DNA of 61,561 nucleotides, filler included, from Circinaria calcarea (Eukaryota): NCBI GenBank assembly GCA_051942165.1. It is 17 parts of 17 records of this genome, joined end to end, with 100 filler letters (N's around TTAATTAATTAA, not from the genome) between each part and the next. Parts side by side here need not be neighbours in the genome. Positions count along the whole stretch, not along the records: positions 58,046 to 61,561 come from JAVECS010002779.1; 16 more parts are not named here. One strand, 5' to 3'. Shown piece by piece: positions 60,950 to 61,561 of this stretch (position 1 is its first letter; each line of letters starts with the position of its first letter). The notes under the pieces were generated by a model. It saw only the letters and a program-made list of their open reading frames with translations, ran no database searches and was not told where the DNA came from. The position numbers and the translations under genes were made by a program.

Positions 60950-61561
60950 CCATTCAGACTATCATCCCAACCCAACTGGTGGGTCATCTGAAGTGCCCTG
61001 TAACATCCAATGTCCGAGCAACTTGTTTGACGTAATCATCGCGCAATCCGCCCCCAGTCCCTTACACTAGTTTCCCCCTTCCCACCAGGTCACCCTTTCC
61101 ATGCATCCGTATACGCCTTATTCTCACATGACCCCTTATTGATCCCATCGGTCACAACCTGGCAAAGCATCGACGCCATGCTGATATCCCACTTCCCTGT
61201 TCTTCCTGTCATGCTGCAATAGCCCTGACTCTCCAGATTCTTAGCGCATTGCTGGCAGTTCTTCGTGCACTCTGCCTCTGTGCCCACCGAGGCTTTCTTA
61301 CAGTTGGTGGGCCAGGAGTGCCAGTGTGCGCTGTGATCCTGGCTGACGAGTCGGACGCTCCAGCGGTAGTCGTCCGGGGTGATTCCTTTGGTAGGACAGC
61401 TTTTTTCTTTTACGGTGATTCGGACTTGGAAGGGGGTGCTTTGGGTGCAGGTTTAGCTTTCTGATGTTTACGTGGGTGAAGAGGGAGTTGGGTGAGGAAG
61501 CGGGTATGGCGGTGGTGCAGAGGGATTTGAGAGAGGTCGAAGGAGGGTAGGGGGGTTAGGG
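60950..61561 (-). pseudogene. Possible decayed Cys-rich protein gene
   Basis: KSCPTKG..WPTNCKKASVGTEAECTKNCQQCAK..YC..MLCQ..GSC, then CKGLGADCAM in another frame. Stops and frameshifts. Confidence 0.35.

Overview
This window is not one locus. It is 17 unrelated fungal contigs of about 3.5 kb, ordered by decreasing length (3540 down to 3516 bp) and joined by identical 100-nt artificial spacers (N44-TTAATTAATTAA-N44), so gene-neighbourhood arguments hold only within a contig. The DNA is from a filamentous ascomycete (Pezizomycotina): short GT..AG introns with CTRAC-like branch sites and AT-rich, RIP-like islands. A lichen-forming lineage is only an impression and cannot be shown here. The supplied ORF track ignores introns and uses GTG/TTG starts, so I rebuilt gene models by eye. 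Housekeeping genes: SGT1, SEC62, PP2A scaffold subunit (3' end), NTA1-like amidase, CYC2-like flavoprotein, an RgsA-like RGS protein, a LAT-family amino-acid permease, DUF1349, GFA, epoxide-hydrolase-like and DUF2235 genes, and an SRPK-like kinase. Accessory content: two fungal NLRs (SesB-like hydrolase/NB-ARC/TPR and HeLo-like/NACHT), several secreted Kex2-site proteins, pseudogenes, a decayed Helitron and several MITE-like inverted-repeat elements. The best candidate for an undescribed system is the >736-aa ORF at 21814-24024. It looks like a Kex2/Ste13-processed polyprotein that would release several different amphipathic peptides, including two homologous C-x16-C peptides.
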